In this document: piece by piece, positions 1 through 11,910 of the stretch | Numbering within the stretch: position 1 is the stretch's first letter | Layout: every line of letters begins with the position of its first letter | Assembly: GCA_973895155.1 (NCBI GenBank) | Contig: OZ316898.1 | Span: 9,349,079-9,413,078, forward strand | DNA length: 64,000 nucleotides | Direction: 5' to 3' | Origin: Marsupella aquatica | Taxonomy: Eukaryota; Plantae; Marchantiophyta | Notes under the pieces: generated by a model | The model's database searches: none | Seen by the model: the letters and a program-made list of their open reading frames with translations, nothing else | Told to the model about the DNA's origin: nothing | Position numbers and translations under genes: made by a program

Positions 1-1727
1 TAAAAATTAGAGATACCATCATCAATATCATCGACCAGCGACCAGCGACCAGCAGTAAGTTGTTGCCTGTACAGTCAGATTATTACTTATTGCGAGTACT
101 ACAGTGTGAAGATCAGTTCGATGCTACCTGCTCTTTGACTAGAAGACTACAGTCCGAGAGCCCCACTTAACCCATTCCGCCATTCGCCTTTCAAACCGTT
201 GTTTAGTGGCTCAGTGGCTGTTTACTTGGGACTCCTTTTGGGCAGGAGTGATCTCTCCAAGGAAGGTTCGTGTGTGCTTGTTTGCTGGACGGTCGTCCGG
301 CTTTTTGGGTAGAGGGAGTGTAACGTCTGCCTGAATGATTGCATTTTCTATTGGCCTCAATGTACGTTGATGCTAAAGTTGGCGAGCTGTGAATTGATTG
401 AGACAATTCAAGAGAGAGAGTGAATAATAAGATCACTTCCTTTTCCTCTGTACTTCGCTGATTCCCTGATGCTTTGCTCCAGAGTGCAGACAGCACCTTC
501 TCCTTGCCCAAATCTCCTTTCTGTACTCCATTATCGTCGAAGTGATAGTTTCACGAACCGTACTGATGAGCACTCTTGTGTTGTGATTCAAACATACGTT
601 ACCCACAAGAGGTTGTAGGAACTTTCCCGCGTCCTATTTGTACTATTTTCGGTGTCGTCAGCTCCATATATCCAGTGAGTTCCGACGGACGACGTTGAGT
701 GGTGGAAGATTAGTACTTCATCGAATTTCTCTATCGCGGAATTTTCTCTGCCATCGTTTCGTCGCGTCACATACAGTAACGTACATTATGAGCTTGAGTC
801 ACGTCTCTTTGCCTCTTCACATTTGTATGTTCGAGCCTGAAATAATTCTTCGTCTCTGCAGCTTCCAGCAGCTCCTGCCTCCCATTCGTACTTTCCCTGT
901 GCCTCCTTCGTTGTTGGGAAGTACAGGAGTAGATGGTGCATACTCTGCAGCGTTGCTGCCGAGTCGTTGTCGGTGGATCTGGAAATCAGCTCCTGTCACT
1001 TCTAGAGGAGCGAAGTAGTTACTAGACCTCCACCAGTGTGCCATTAGGAGTACCAGTCTAAGTACAGCAGTCAATACTCCATTCTCAGTAAATTTCAACC
1101 ATCCTCCCCGACCTTGAAGATCTTCAGCAGCTCCCTCGCAATACCCGACCAGGTCACTCCACAGTCCACATGCCAAGGTGCTCATGTGCGCTGGTTCTGC
1201 GAATAAACTAGTGCAGAGAGCAGTCCCCATAGATTGCAAGGCTCTTTAACTGGCACAGAGGATCAATATCTGCTCTCTCAAGATTTACGGATTCCTCCTA
1301 CTGTCGGGCAAATTTTGGGGGCAAAAGCTCTGGACGAGGCAAAGCAGGTAATAGTGTAGTCAGTCGTCAAAGCGGACTCTACATTTGGGGATTTGGAGCC
1401 GACTGTCTTCTGCTGTCAGCTTTCACAGTGGAGCGAGACGAAACTACTTCAAACTTGAAACCTGTCGTCTCGGGCTAGAAGCGGTAGGGAGAGACCGAGG
1501 GGTCGCACATGACGAGAAGGGTTTGGGGTAGCTCGTGATGCAGCAGCCGTCTCGTGCTTGTGACTCTCGAATTTGTGAAGATTTATGTCGGTTGTAATTG
1601 TGGTAGAAGTACAGTGAGGAAACGAGCTGGGCCAGGGATGGTGAAGGTTAATGTGTCCGAAGATGTACATAATTTGACAACTCAGTAAACTGGGTTTAAC
1701 AAGGAGAAACAACTGTTGGAGAACAAA

Positions 1728-4700
1728 ATGGAGAACTACAAGAAAGAGGGGAGACTGTCTCGGAGATTTTCATCTCGCAAGCGTCTGGGTTCACTGAAAA
1801 CCAGGTTGAAGAGGTTCCTTTCTGATCGTTACGTCAAAGCTGGGGAAGGTGAGGATCATGACTTCCCCGCTACCGGTTCAGACTTGGACGTTGACGGCAG
1901 GAAAATCTCTTCTAATTCTCCTCTGGAGAGAAGCGGAGAGATTGAAAAATCTTCGGGCTCTGGTTTTTCCTCCGATAGTGACGAGGAGTCACCGTCTAAG
2001 TTGGAAACGATGGCGAACTCTGATCCCAGCTCAGATTCCTCGGAGGAGAAGAAAAAGAAAAAAGTTTCATCAAAATCTAGTAGAAAGAAATTGAAACTGC
2101 AGGAAGATCGTCAAGAGTTCTTCAGGCTCCCACCTCTGGAGGAAACTCCTCCTACTTCTCCTCAAAGTAATCCTAGATTCTCAACTGAAGCTCAGAACGA
2201 CTACGCACGGCTTTGGACACATACTAGTGCCCCCAACTCACCCGCGAATCTAGCCTACAACTTCAATCTCAACTACCGCGGTGGGGTTTCTTCTCCTGTG
2301 GCTCTAGTCCATTCCTTGAGTTCAAGAAATCGGGGGAAACATCCCAGCCAACTCTCAGAAATCGCCTATGCCTCTCCTCCAAGCTCTAGCAGCCTTGACC
2401 TCGACGTGCTCGGCGTAAAGTTGGAGGACATGACAGCTTCCCCAACGAAGACGACCCCCTCCTTGAAGCCGAACGGATTGCCAGTTGTTCATCATGATGA
2501 GGAACAAGGTAGGCCCTCAGTTCTCCCAGCGTCTTAACCTCTAGCTTCATTTTTGATACGGGGGATGAATAGGTAACATATCTCTTCGAGGTAAATGCAC
2601 ATTATCCAGCCCTGTAGATCTCTAAATTTGGACCACATCTCACGTTTCCTAATTCTTTTAATTTGTTACTGCACCGGGCATGGTCGACACTCGTAAGCAC
2701 GACAGCTTGAGTCCAGGATGCAATTTTCTTCATCAGTACTTCATCTCATTTGTCACGCGGCTTACAGCTGCGTACTCAGGTCCTTACCTTCATGAGCCGC
2801 TATTACTTGCAGGTGTGTGGAGGTGTGGAAGTTGTGGTTGGATTTATCCTAATCCCAACCCCAGTTTGCGCAACAGACGAGAACATGAGAATCACTGTGG
2901 AGAATTAAGCAAAGTGCAGCGCTGGCTGGGTGCACAGGACATCCAGGATGCACCAGGGAAAGGTGAGTAGTCGATGCGATGTTGGAATAGAAGTATTGAA
3001 GCTCTCTGCAACACATTTTGCAGACCCTTCTTACTTTTTGCACTCAACCGCCCTCGGGGATTTGTAGCGCTTGTTAAATTGTAATTTGCTCCTTGCTCAA
3101 TAGGGGTTGTAGACCAGGCTTCTGATTCATTCCTTCACTATCGTCTTGTATGCAGGGGCTGTGGAATCAGAGGAGGATTCAGAAGTGTGGGAGGGATCTG
3201 GCTCACAGGCGACTGTCAGCACAGCTGATCAGAATCCGATGGGAGAGATAGACGGAGAAGACAGTAACGAGCCTGATAAGCCAGTTGATCATTATGGATC
3301 TGTGGATCAGGGCAGGTTAGACGATATGGAGTCTAATGATTCGCCAGATCATGCAGTTGCGGATGAGGGCCAGGGTGGGAGAAGTCCCAGTGCGGCTGCG
3401 AAGCCTGACGAAGTTGAGGACCAAAAGTTGAACAAGCTGCGCGAGTGGCCGTCTCTTGATGCTAGAACGAAAGATCAGATCATTGGAGATGAGATGCTGT
3501 CAAATGGGTCAAGCAATCATCGCGAAGTCACGGACCAAAGCAAGTTGGAAGATGTATCCACTGGGTCAAATTTTCATTATGGAATTGAGGAATTCAATAA
3601 GTTGGATGATTCGGCTTCCTTCATAACCCCTGAAGTTGAGAACGAAAAGGACGTCGAAGTTCAGGCTGGCCAAGATCATGATGCATATGGGGATGAAGGC
3701 AATCGTGGGAAAATTCCCGATGCGGCCGCGAATCTTGACGAAGTTGAGGACCAGCAGTTGACCAGAGTGCCCGAGTGGCCAACTGTTGATGTTGGAACGA
3801 AAGATCAGAGCAGTGCAGATAAGATGCTGTCAAATGGGTCAAGCAATCTTCATGACGTCATGGACCAAAGCAAGTTGGAAGATGTGTCCAACGGGTCAAA
3901 TTTTCATTATGGAATTGAGGAATTCAATAACTTGGATGATTCGGCTTCATTCATAACCCCTGAAGCTGAGAACGAAAAGGACGTCGAAGTTCAGGCTGAC
4001 CAAGATCATGATGCATATGGGGATGAGGACAATCGTGGGAAAATTCCCGATGCGGCCGCAAATCTTGACGAAGTTGAGGACCAGCAGTTGAACAGAGTGC
4101 CCGAGTGGCCAATTGTTGATGTTGGAACGAAAGATCAGAGCAGTGCAGATAAGATGCTGTCAAATGGGTCAAGCAATCTTCATGACGTCATGGACCAAAG
4201 CAAGTTGGAAGATGTGTCCAATGGGTCAAGTGCTTATGATGGAATTGAGGAAGTCAGTAACGTGGATGATGCGGCTTCCTTCATAACTCTTGAATCTGAG
4301 AACGAAAAGGAAGTCGAAGTTCAGGCCGACCAAGAGCATGATACATTTGGAGATGAAGTCAATGGCGGGAGCAGTCCCAATTCGGCCGCGAATCCTGGTG
4401 AAGTTGAGGACCAAAAGTTGAAGAGATTGCCCGAGCGGCCAAGTCTTCATGTTGGAACGAACGATCGGAGCAGTGCAGATGAGATGCTGACAAATGGGTC
4501 AAGCAATCGTCACGAAGTCACGGACCACTTGAAGTTGGAAGATGTGTCCATTGGTTTAAGTGGTGGTTATGGAATTGAAGAAGTCAGAAAGTTGGATGAT
4601 TCTGCTTCCTCCATAACCCCTGAAGCTGAGAACGAAACGGGCGTCGAAGTTCGGACTGACCAAGATCATGATACATTTGGGGATGAGGGCAAAGATGGGA

Positions 4701-7700
4701 AAAGTCCCAATGCGGCCGCGAATCTTGGCGAAGTTGAGGACCAGCAGTTGAACAGAGTGCCCGAGTGGCTAACTCTTGATGCTGGAACGAGAGATCAGAG
4801 CAGTGCAGATGAGATGCCGACAAATGGTTCAGCCAATCATCATGAAGTCACGGACCACAAAAAGTTGGAAGATGTGTCGAACGTGTCACTTGCTCATGAT
4901 GGAATTGAGGAAGTCATTAAGTTGGATGATTCAGCGCCTGAAGTTGAGAGCGAAAAGGACGATTCTGTAGAAGTTAAGGCTGACCAAGACCATGATGCAG
5001 TCGGGGATGGTGAAAATGGCGGGCTGAGTCCCAGAGCGGCTGCGAATCCTGACGAAGTTGATTACCAGCAGTTGAACAGAATGCTCGAGTGGCCAAGTCT
5101 CGATGATAGAACGAAAGATCAGAGCCTTGCAGATGAAACGCTGTCAAGTGGGTCAACCAACCATCATGAAGCTACGGACCACAGCAAGTTGGAAGATCGG
5201 TCCACTTCTCATCATGGAATTGAGGAAGTCAGTAAGTTGGATGATGCGGCTTCGTTCAGAACCCCTGAAGTTGAGAACGACGGTGCAGAGGCCGTAGAAG
5301 TTAAGGCTGAACAAGAGGAAATAAATGGTAATGTTAAATCGTCTCATGACAGTATTGCAGGTTTTAAGGAAGATGGCAATGCCAATCGAGATTTTAATGA
5401 CCATCTGAACCATCCTGATGATATTGGGCTCACGGAGGTGCCGGAAGTCCATAGGGAGGAATCAGTCCTCACAAGTGACACTGGAGTACGGGGTGAAGAG
5501 GGCATTGAAAATGTGAGGAACGAGGATGACTTAGACAACCAGTTGCCTGGCGATGATGGATTGAGCGAGGAGGCAGTAGCTGTCAAAGTGGAACCCAGAA
5601 TTATCACACATAAGGGAAGGCCGATTGTTTTGGCAGGAGTAGTACGAGAGCCTGACCTCATGGAGCCAAGCCCGTCTAGAGATCTCCAGTGCAGCGAAAC
5701 AGAATCTGAAAGGAGAGATACCGAAGCATTGAAATCAGTAGCGTCTGAAATGAAAAATATGGACATGGTGATACCAAAGTGGACTGAACTTTCACATTCT
5801 CAAAATAGCTGTTTGGAACCAGAAGAAGATACCAAGGCCGATGGCATTGTTTCAGACGAAAGAAGTGAACAGAAAGTGTCAGAGAGTGATGGTGTGGAAG
5901 GGAATTCGACCCGCGAGTTGCCTTCCCAGGAGAATGGCATCACGACAGAAAATGGGTGGACAGCTGGTGGACCTCCCAGTCCATTTGAGGAGGCGCCAAA
6001 GTCGGTGAATAGTTTGATCACCTCTCAGGACGACGGAGATACCTCTCTTCCTATGGAGAAATACTGGGCAGGTATGACAAGAAGTGAGTACTTGCTTGTA
6101 GAAGTTTTCCTATTGCTCATTGAGTGATTACCGTTACGCGCAGATTCTATAATCTTGAACAATTCATGTTATTGCTGCAGAATATTTAAAGGAAGTTAAT
6201 TCCATTAGACAATAGCAAATTAATAGCTGCCTTCTAGCTAACTGATGTACGGGTTTACGTTTCTCAGCCAAAGAGGTGGAAGGGTGAACACTTTTCTCTC
6301 GCAATTCCCAATGTGGTCATTCTCTAATTGCAATTCCCAAGGTCCGATTGTGTAGAATGCATCGTTTTACGATTATGAGTCGTTCGTTCTGCAGAATTGC
6401 AAGTACCCCTTCTTGGAGATACCCCAAGGAAAGAAGTCGTTGGGGTTAAACAGAGGCCTGGAATATTTTTAATTTTTGAGCTATCCAATTTATAAGTGCA
6501 TTCTTTCTGTCCAAATGTCTCTTAGTCCAAAACATAAAGGCTTCAAGCGGGTTCTTCTGGTTTGGGCTGACGTGCATGAACCCCTTACCTGCAGATATAG
6601 AAGAAGACGGTGCAGAGATTGCCAAGCCAATGCCAGGAAGGACCGGGCACGTTCATGAGGTTCCTTTGGATGAGGATGAATCAGTCAGGTATTTGCAACG
6701 CTTCAAACAGGAACCTCCGGTGAAGGAGGAAGCAATTGAAGAATGCCCTTCTGGGTTTTCCACAATGGAATTCCATCTTGTAGATCACCCTAATAAGGAA
6801 AGAACTTCAGAGTCTTTGCCTGCATCTGTGCCAGCTTTGCATCATGATTTGCCTCCTTCACTCGGAGTCTTGTCATCTCACGAGGAGATCACTAGTGTCA
6901 TTGACAGACCTGAGACATCACTGACGCAAGAGCCTCAAGTCCTGAAGGACGCCAATGAGAGAGGAAGTTACAATAGTCTACCGGAGCTACTACCAGCCTA
7001 CTCCTGCGGACCAATCCCAGTGCATAATCATCCTCCCGTGGACATGGATGAGTCTGCTGGAATGGAACAACACGAGGAACCCAGTGCCGGTAGTGGTACT
7101 CGGGGTGGTACTGCATCATTGACTCGAGAGCCTCAAGCTTTGAAGGGCGCTGAAGAGAAAAGAAGTTGGAATTGCCTATCACTGCTATTGCCTGCTCTTA
7201 GATGGGGACCAATCCCAGTGTTTACTCATCCTCCCCCGGATACATATGAGTTTTCAGGGGAGGGCCAATACGAGGAAGCTCCTGCAGGTAGTCCTAGTGT
7301 ATCAGAGACACAAGAGCCTCAAGCCCCTGAGGACGGTGGAGAGAATAGAAGTTCTAACTGTCTACCCGGGGTACTACCTACTTTTTCATGGCGATCATCA
7401 CCCCAAGCTCCCACAGGGCGTATTGACGAGGTTCCCTTAGATGACGACGAAGGCTTACAATCTTCTCATCTTGAAGCACAAGAGTGGGGAACCTGTACGT
7501 GTTTACCGCTTTTGTTCCCAGCCTTTCACTGGGGATTTACCAGGACAACATACGGAAAAGGTTAGGAGTTACACACTTTGTTCGCCAGACCTGTCATGGC
7601 CTACTGCATTATTCTTTACAGCCATAATAGTATCATCTCGTATGTGTCCTATTTTGGCAATGCGTGCTGTTCATACCTACGCGGTAGAAGATGGTATACC

Positions 7701-8012
7701 TCTTCCCATCGGAGATATTTAGAAATTGTTTACTTACCGCTGGGTTCCATAAAAGAGTGTGTAGTGATATTTTGGGGAATTTGGCTTCAGGGCTACAAGA
7801 ACCTCTTCTTCCCCAAGACCCACCTGCAGCGGGGGCAGTGCCGTTGGACAATACCTCAACTCATGCGATGCAGACAACAGGTGGGTGCCAAACTTATCTT
7901 CATGCAATGGCAAGGACAGTGCAGCTTTGTCTCTGATGTCATTTTCATACTTACATCCTCGTATTTTGCAGGACCAGATCTTGAAGGTGTCTCGTTTTCC
8001 CACCAAGTTTGA
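1728..8012 (+). CDS. Large acidic, repeat-rich protein (~1647 aa) with a plant CxxCGWxxPNPxPSxxxRRxHxxxCG zinc-finger-like motif. Exons 1728-2508, 2813-2962, 3156-6071, 6595-7560, 7791-7880, 7972-8012
   Basis: Long ORFs 1716..2537, 3146..6127 and 6576..7565 join in frame through GT-AG introns (4944 nt spliced). Exon 2 encodes VWRCGSCGWIYPNPNPSLRNRREHENHCG, a motif I recognise from the N-termini of uncharacterised land-plant acidic proteins. The 3' end is uncertain. Confidence 0.75.
3345..5310 (+). repeat. Coding tandem repeat, six units of ~330 bp (~110 aa)
   Basis: Recurrent DHDxxGDE...EVEDQQLxRxPEWP...DEMLSNGSSN...SKLEDVS...GIEE..KLDDSASFITPE.ENE at a ~330-nt period. Units 2 and 3 are nearly identical. 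Confidence 0.95.
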
Positions 8013-9575
8013 TCGGATTTCCGGGATTGGATCGTTCGAGTATTGGAAGAAGGATTGGCCGTCGTGCCATCTAGACCAGGTTGTTTATATGACTTCGTAC
8101 CCATTTGAACTTGATTGAATATGCATGCGCCTGTTCCTCTTCTCACATCTCATTTTGCACTCGTCTTGATGTGACAAAATTATCTTGTCCTAAATTGTCA
8201 CTTTCAATGATTGTATCTTCCGTTTCTCTGCTTTTTGTAATGATAGGAACTTCATTGGCGTTTATGGATATCAAGCTTGTGAGTTATGTAGACGAGCCGA
8301 TTATGGTTGTTGACCACCACTTTGATTTTGTCTCTGACAGCTTTATGATATATACTTGCGTGAGTGCTGTGGATACGGAACTTTGCCTCGATGGCAGTGA
8401 CAGTAGTGGATCCCCCTTCTATAATAAACGACGGCGACAGCCCTCAAATTCGAGAGTCCGAAGATTTTCACATTAAAGGCATCGTTTCCAGTCAGGAAAC
8501 TTTAACGTTCACCGGTACTGTTAAGAAGCTACAACCTGAATTGGCGCCGTTGAACACCTCCAACGGTGATGCAGTCTCATCCACAGACTCGTCCTATTTG
8601 TCTGCCGGGGCGGTCATGAGCCAGGACAACCTCCTGTAGAATCCAGGCCGGTTCTAGAAGGAGATCTCAGTGATTTCAAACACGTTGCACAAGTAATTGC
8701 CGACCACCTAGGCGAAGACAAGCAGAAGCATGGAAACCGGTCTTACATTGTTTCCCAACCTGTTCGCCGATCAGTGGACGGTACTGGGGAAATATGTAAT
8801 TGGCCTACCATCAGTGTCCAAGTTTCTCTTGTACGACGTGTTCCGAGATCATCAAGTGTCTGCAGGTATGTTTTCATTTTCGGATAATGGTCCAGGTATT
8901 TGTAACATTCAGTTTCTCCTCTCATGTACATATAGACCAGTGACGCGATTAGCTCGAATTTATGTACTTATTTCCGGTACCTTGGCCATTTTCTCTCCAT
9001 CTCTTGTATGCACCACCTGTTCAAAAGCTCATGAGAGGAATTGCATTATTAGCCACTGCTGTAGGTACTCGCAATAAGCGATTGCAGGATCTCGTGTTAA
9101 GCAGTCTTTCTGAACTATGACCGATAAGGATGTCGTCTGTACGCTAAAATAGATTTCAATTTTAAATATCCCTGGTCACTGGTAAGTGGGCAACATCATT
9201 GCTTTCAAAATTCTGACAAATGTGTACCCGAGAGACTTCTGATTCGTCTGTCCAACTTTTCTTTCGCAGACCCATGGTTTCTAGGGACAGAAGTTGGTGT
9301 CATTACGACCCCACTACTCGGCAGAGCTTCGCAAAAGCAGAGACAATTGTCAAAATTGATCATACTGAAATCAGTATTGCAGCAGAGGGGGCCAGCAGTG
9401 CAGAGGCTGCAGCTGAAGCAACTGCTATTGCACATGGCCAAAACCCAAGCCCAAGCCCAAGTGAAGGTGAAGCCCTTTAGAATCCTTGAAGAGTATGGTT
9501 CATGGAGGTCTAGATGTGACACTTGTCATTCTGCCAGTTGTGGCATCAGCAGCTGGAGGTGAGGCGAAAACAAGT
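8013..9575 (+). pseudogene. Possible decayed coding exons downstream of the repeat gene
   Basis: Protein-like segments in shifting frames (SDFRDWIVRVLEEGLAVVPSRP; GQPPVESRPVLEGDLSDFKHVAQVIADHLG; LFPNLFADQWTVLGKYVIGLP). They are bounded by plausible splice sites near 8079, 8865 and 9270 but interrupted by stops. Confidence 0.3.
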
Positions 9576-11165
9576 GAGTAACTCCTCATTTCCTTAGCTT
9601 CGTGTAGAGGGATCTTGTCTCTTGGATGATTTCCGTGTTACTGATGCAAGCTCATTTGGCATATGCTGGTTTTGAAGCATGTCTCTCGAATGATTCTTAC
9701 AATACCGGCAATATCAGTCCAGACCAATATTTTTCATGTAACTTTGAAATTGCACTTAACAGTTCTAGCTGTAGCTGCTCCGTTCAGGAAGTGGTGAAGG
9801 TTTCACAGAAGTCCTTTTCTGAACTTTATATCTTGATCTGTTTCGGATGTTCAGATAATGTTTCTGTAGTACAACAACCGGACACAGTTTCAGGCAGAGG
9901 GTGGAGAGGGTTTTACCCAATGATATCTTGCCTTCATCTCCTTAATATTCTTCGAGGCTCTTTCTCCGATAACATATGCGTTCTCGTTTAGATATACAAC
10001 AAATTAACTTTGAAATTGCTGCAACTTCGCGGTTGCATTGGTCTCGTTGTACTGATGGGGGCTGCAAGTGCCATATTTCCACGAGATTCTTAGCATCCAT
10101 CGCAGGTTTTGGAACAGGAAACCTTGTAGCACAGGTGCTTGATCATATGGATTTTCTATTGTACTAAATTGTGGCATGTAGAAAGATGGTGAGTGGACTT
10201 AAGTCCCAAATGATTATTAAGAAGGATGTTGGCAGAAACTTGCCTCTCAGATTAGATTGACCTCACATCTATCAGCCCTTTAGTTGTCTACTTCAGTGTA
10301 GAACCATCTCGTGATGGTTGACGACTGAATTGGGAAAACCTGGTTACGAGGTATGGACCGGAACAGCTTGTATATCCTGCAGTTTTGGATGAGTGATAAG
10401 CCAGTTGACCGAGAGAAGGGACATTCCCTCATTTATGTTTACATGTACGTGTATGTTGATATTTTAGGCTTTCATTAACACTTCGGAGCTTTTCAAGTGA
10501 TTATTCTTACTTGGGTTCATTTGAGTAAAGAGAACCTTGATCAATAAATGCTGAAGAGAAAGAAAAAACCCACGAACCTATCGATGTGACAAAATATGCT
10601 GGTTTTGGATGAGTTTATGTGCAGCTTCTTATTAGGGCCTACTTTCAGGCATTAAATGGTCATTGTTTAGGGTCTCTTCTATCTTCTTTTGGGGCTATTG
10701 TCCCTGGAAAGCTTATCTACTTCTTGTCTGGCACTGGGCAAGAAATTCTGGCTGTCTGATACATTGATTCTCGTACTTGATCTCTCGCCCTTTGCAAATA
10801 CATTTGAACTACAAAATTAGGAGAATCGGTGATGACAGGTTCTTTGGCATTGTATTTGAATGTGGAGCGACACTTCATTGCCTATTTCTGCACTGTGATC
10901 GTTTTGGCGCTACTCTGTGCCTCGCAGGTAAGAAGCTTGATCGAGTCGGTCTTTTGGACGTCCCGCGATGATGATGATGTAAGAAAAGAAGTGTGGGAGA
11001 CTTCTTCTGCGCTCGAGGCGACGGCATTGCCGTGTTAGATATGAAAAAATGAAAAAACGAGGCGGTGTCGCTAACGTGCAGTGCGACCCATCTTGAAGAT
11101 CGCCAGTATGATCAGCCCGTGGAGAAATACGATGCAATGAAGTGCTGCCGACTGGATCGGTTGGT

Positions 11166-11370
11166 TGACCGAGTGTTCTTCACCTTCTGGGAGTCCGATT
11201 TGGCGACACTTCATTGCGTGTTTACATCTACGTGAAGTTTTTCAGTTCGGCTCCAATTAAGAATGGTGTGACCGAGTGTTCTTCACCTTCTGGGAGTCCG
11301 ATTTGGCGACACTTCATTGCGTGTTTACATCTACGTGAAGTTTTTCAGTTCGGCTCCAATTAAGAATGGT
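11166..11370. repeat. Perfect direct tandem duplication (2 x 102 bp, period 103)
   Basis: TGACCGAGTGTTCTTCACC...AATTAAGAATGGT starts at 11166 and again at 11269. Confidence 0.95.
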
Positions 11371-11793
11371 CGAAATTGGCGGAGCGGACTGTAAGCACGG
11401 AACTGGCACCGCAGTGCCACTTCCAGATCGCGGTGGGAAGGACGTCAATATCACTAGAAGAAGAATTCAACTGTTGGAGTTGAATTCGAGTATAATCGAT
11501 CGAAGAGGAGCTATTCGGTCATTTTCGCTATGTAGGGACTAACTCAACTAGTTGTGATTTTAGTCTCACATAAAGGGTGCTTGATCGCTATTGTAGCTCC
11601 TTCAAAGGTGCATAAAAATGACCTTCAGAATCTTCGTTGACTTCTATACTTGAATGGTCGAAACAACATGCACAGCAACCCTCAATACTCAAAAAACAGA
11701 GCCCTCATCACAAATTGAAAGAACAATTACAACATAAAAGAATTCAATGAAAAGAAAAATTCCAAAGAGTATAAAGGTGAAAATACTATCTTG

Positions 11794-11910
11794 ACTACTG
11801 GGGTCGAGCCCCACCTCCCACACGTCTGGTTCCTAACTACTGGGGTCGAGACCCACCTCCCACACGTCCAGTTCTTAACTACTGGTGTCGAGCCCCACCT
11901 CCCACACGTC
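11794..11910 (-). repeat. Three 42-bp copies of the 3' end of the REase-like CDS
   Basis: ACTACTGG(G/T)GTCGAG(C/A)CCCACCTCCCACACGTC starts at 11794, 11836 and 11878. Confidence 0.95.

Noticed and set aside
203-1712. Short ORFs on both strands at the window start
   Set aside because: No recognisable motif and no consistent exon chain; likely UTR or intergenic.
3621-6021. Repeated antisense ORFs (MTHLTASY... and others)
   Set aside because: They are shadows of the plus-strand coding repeat.
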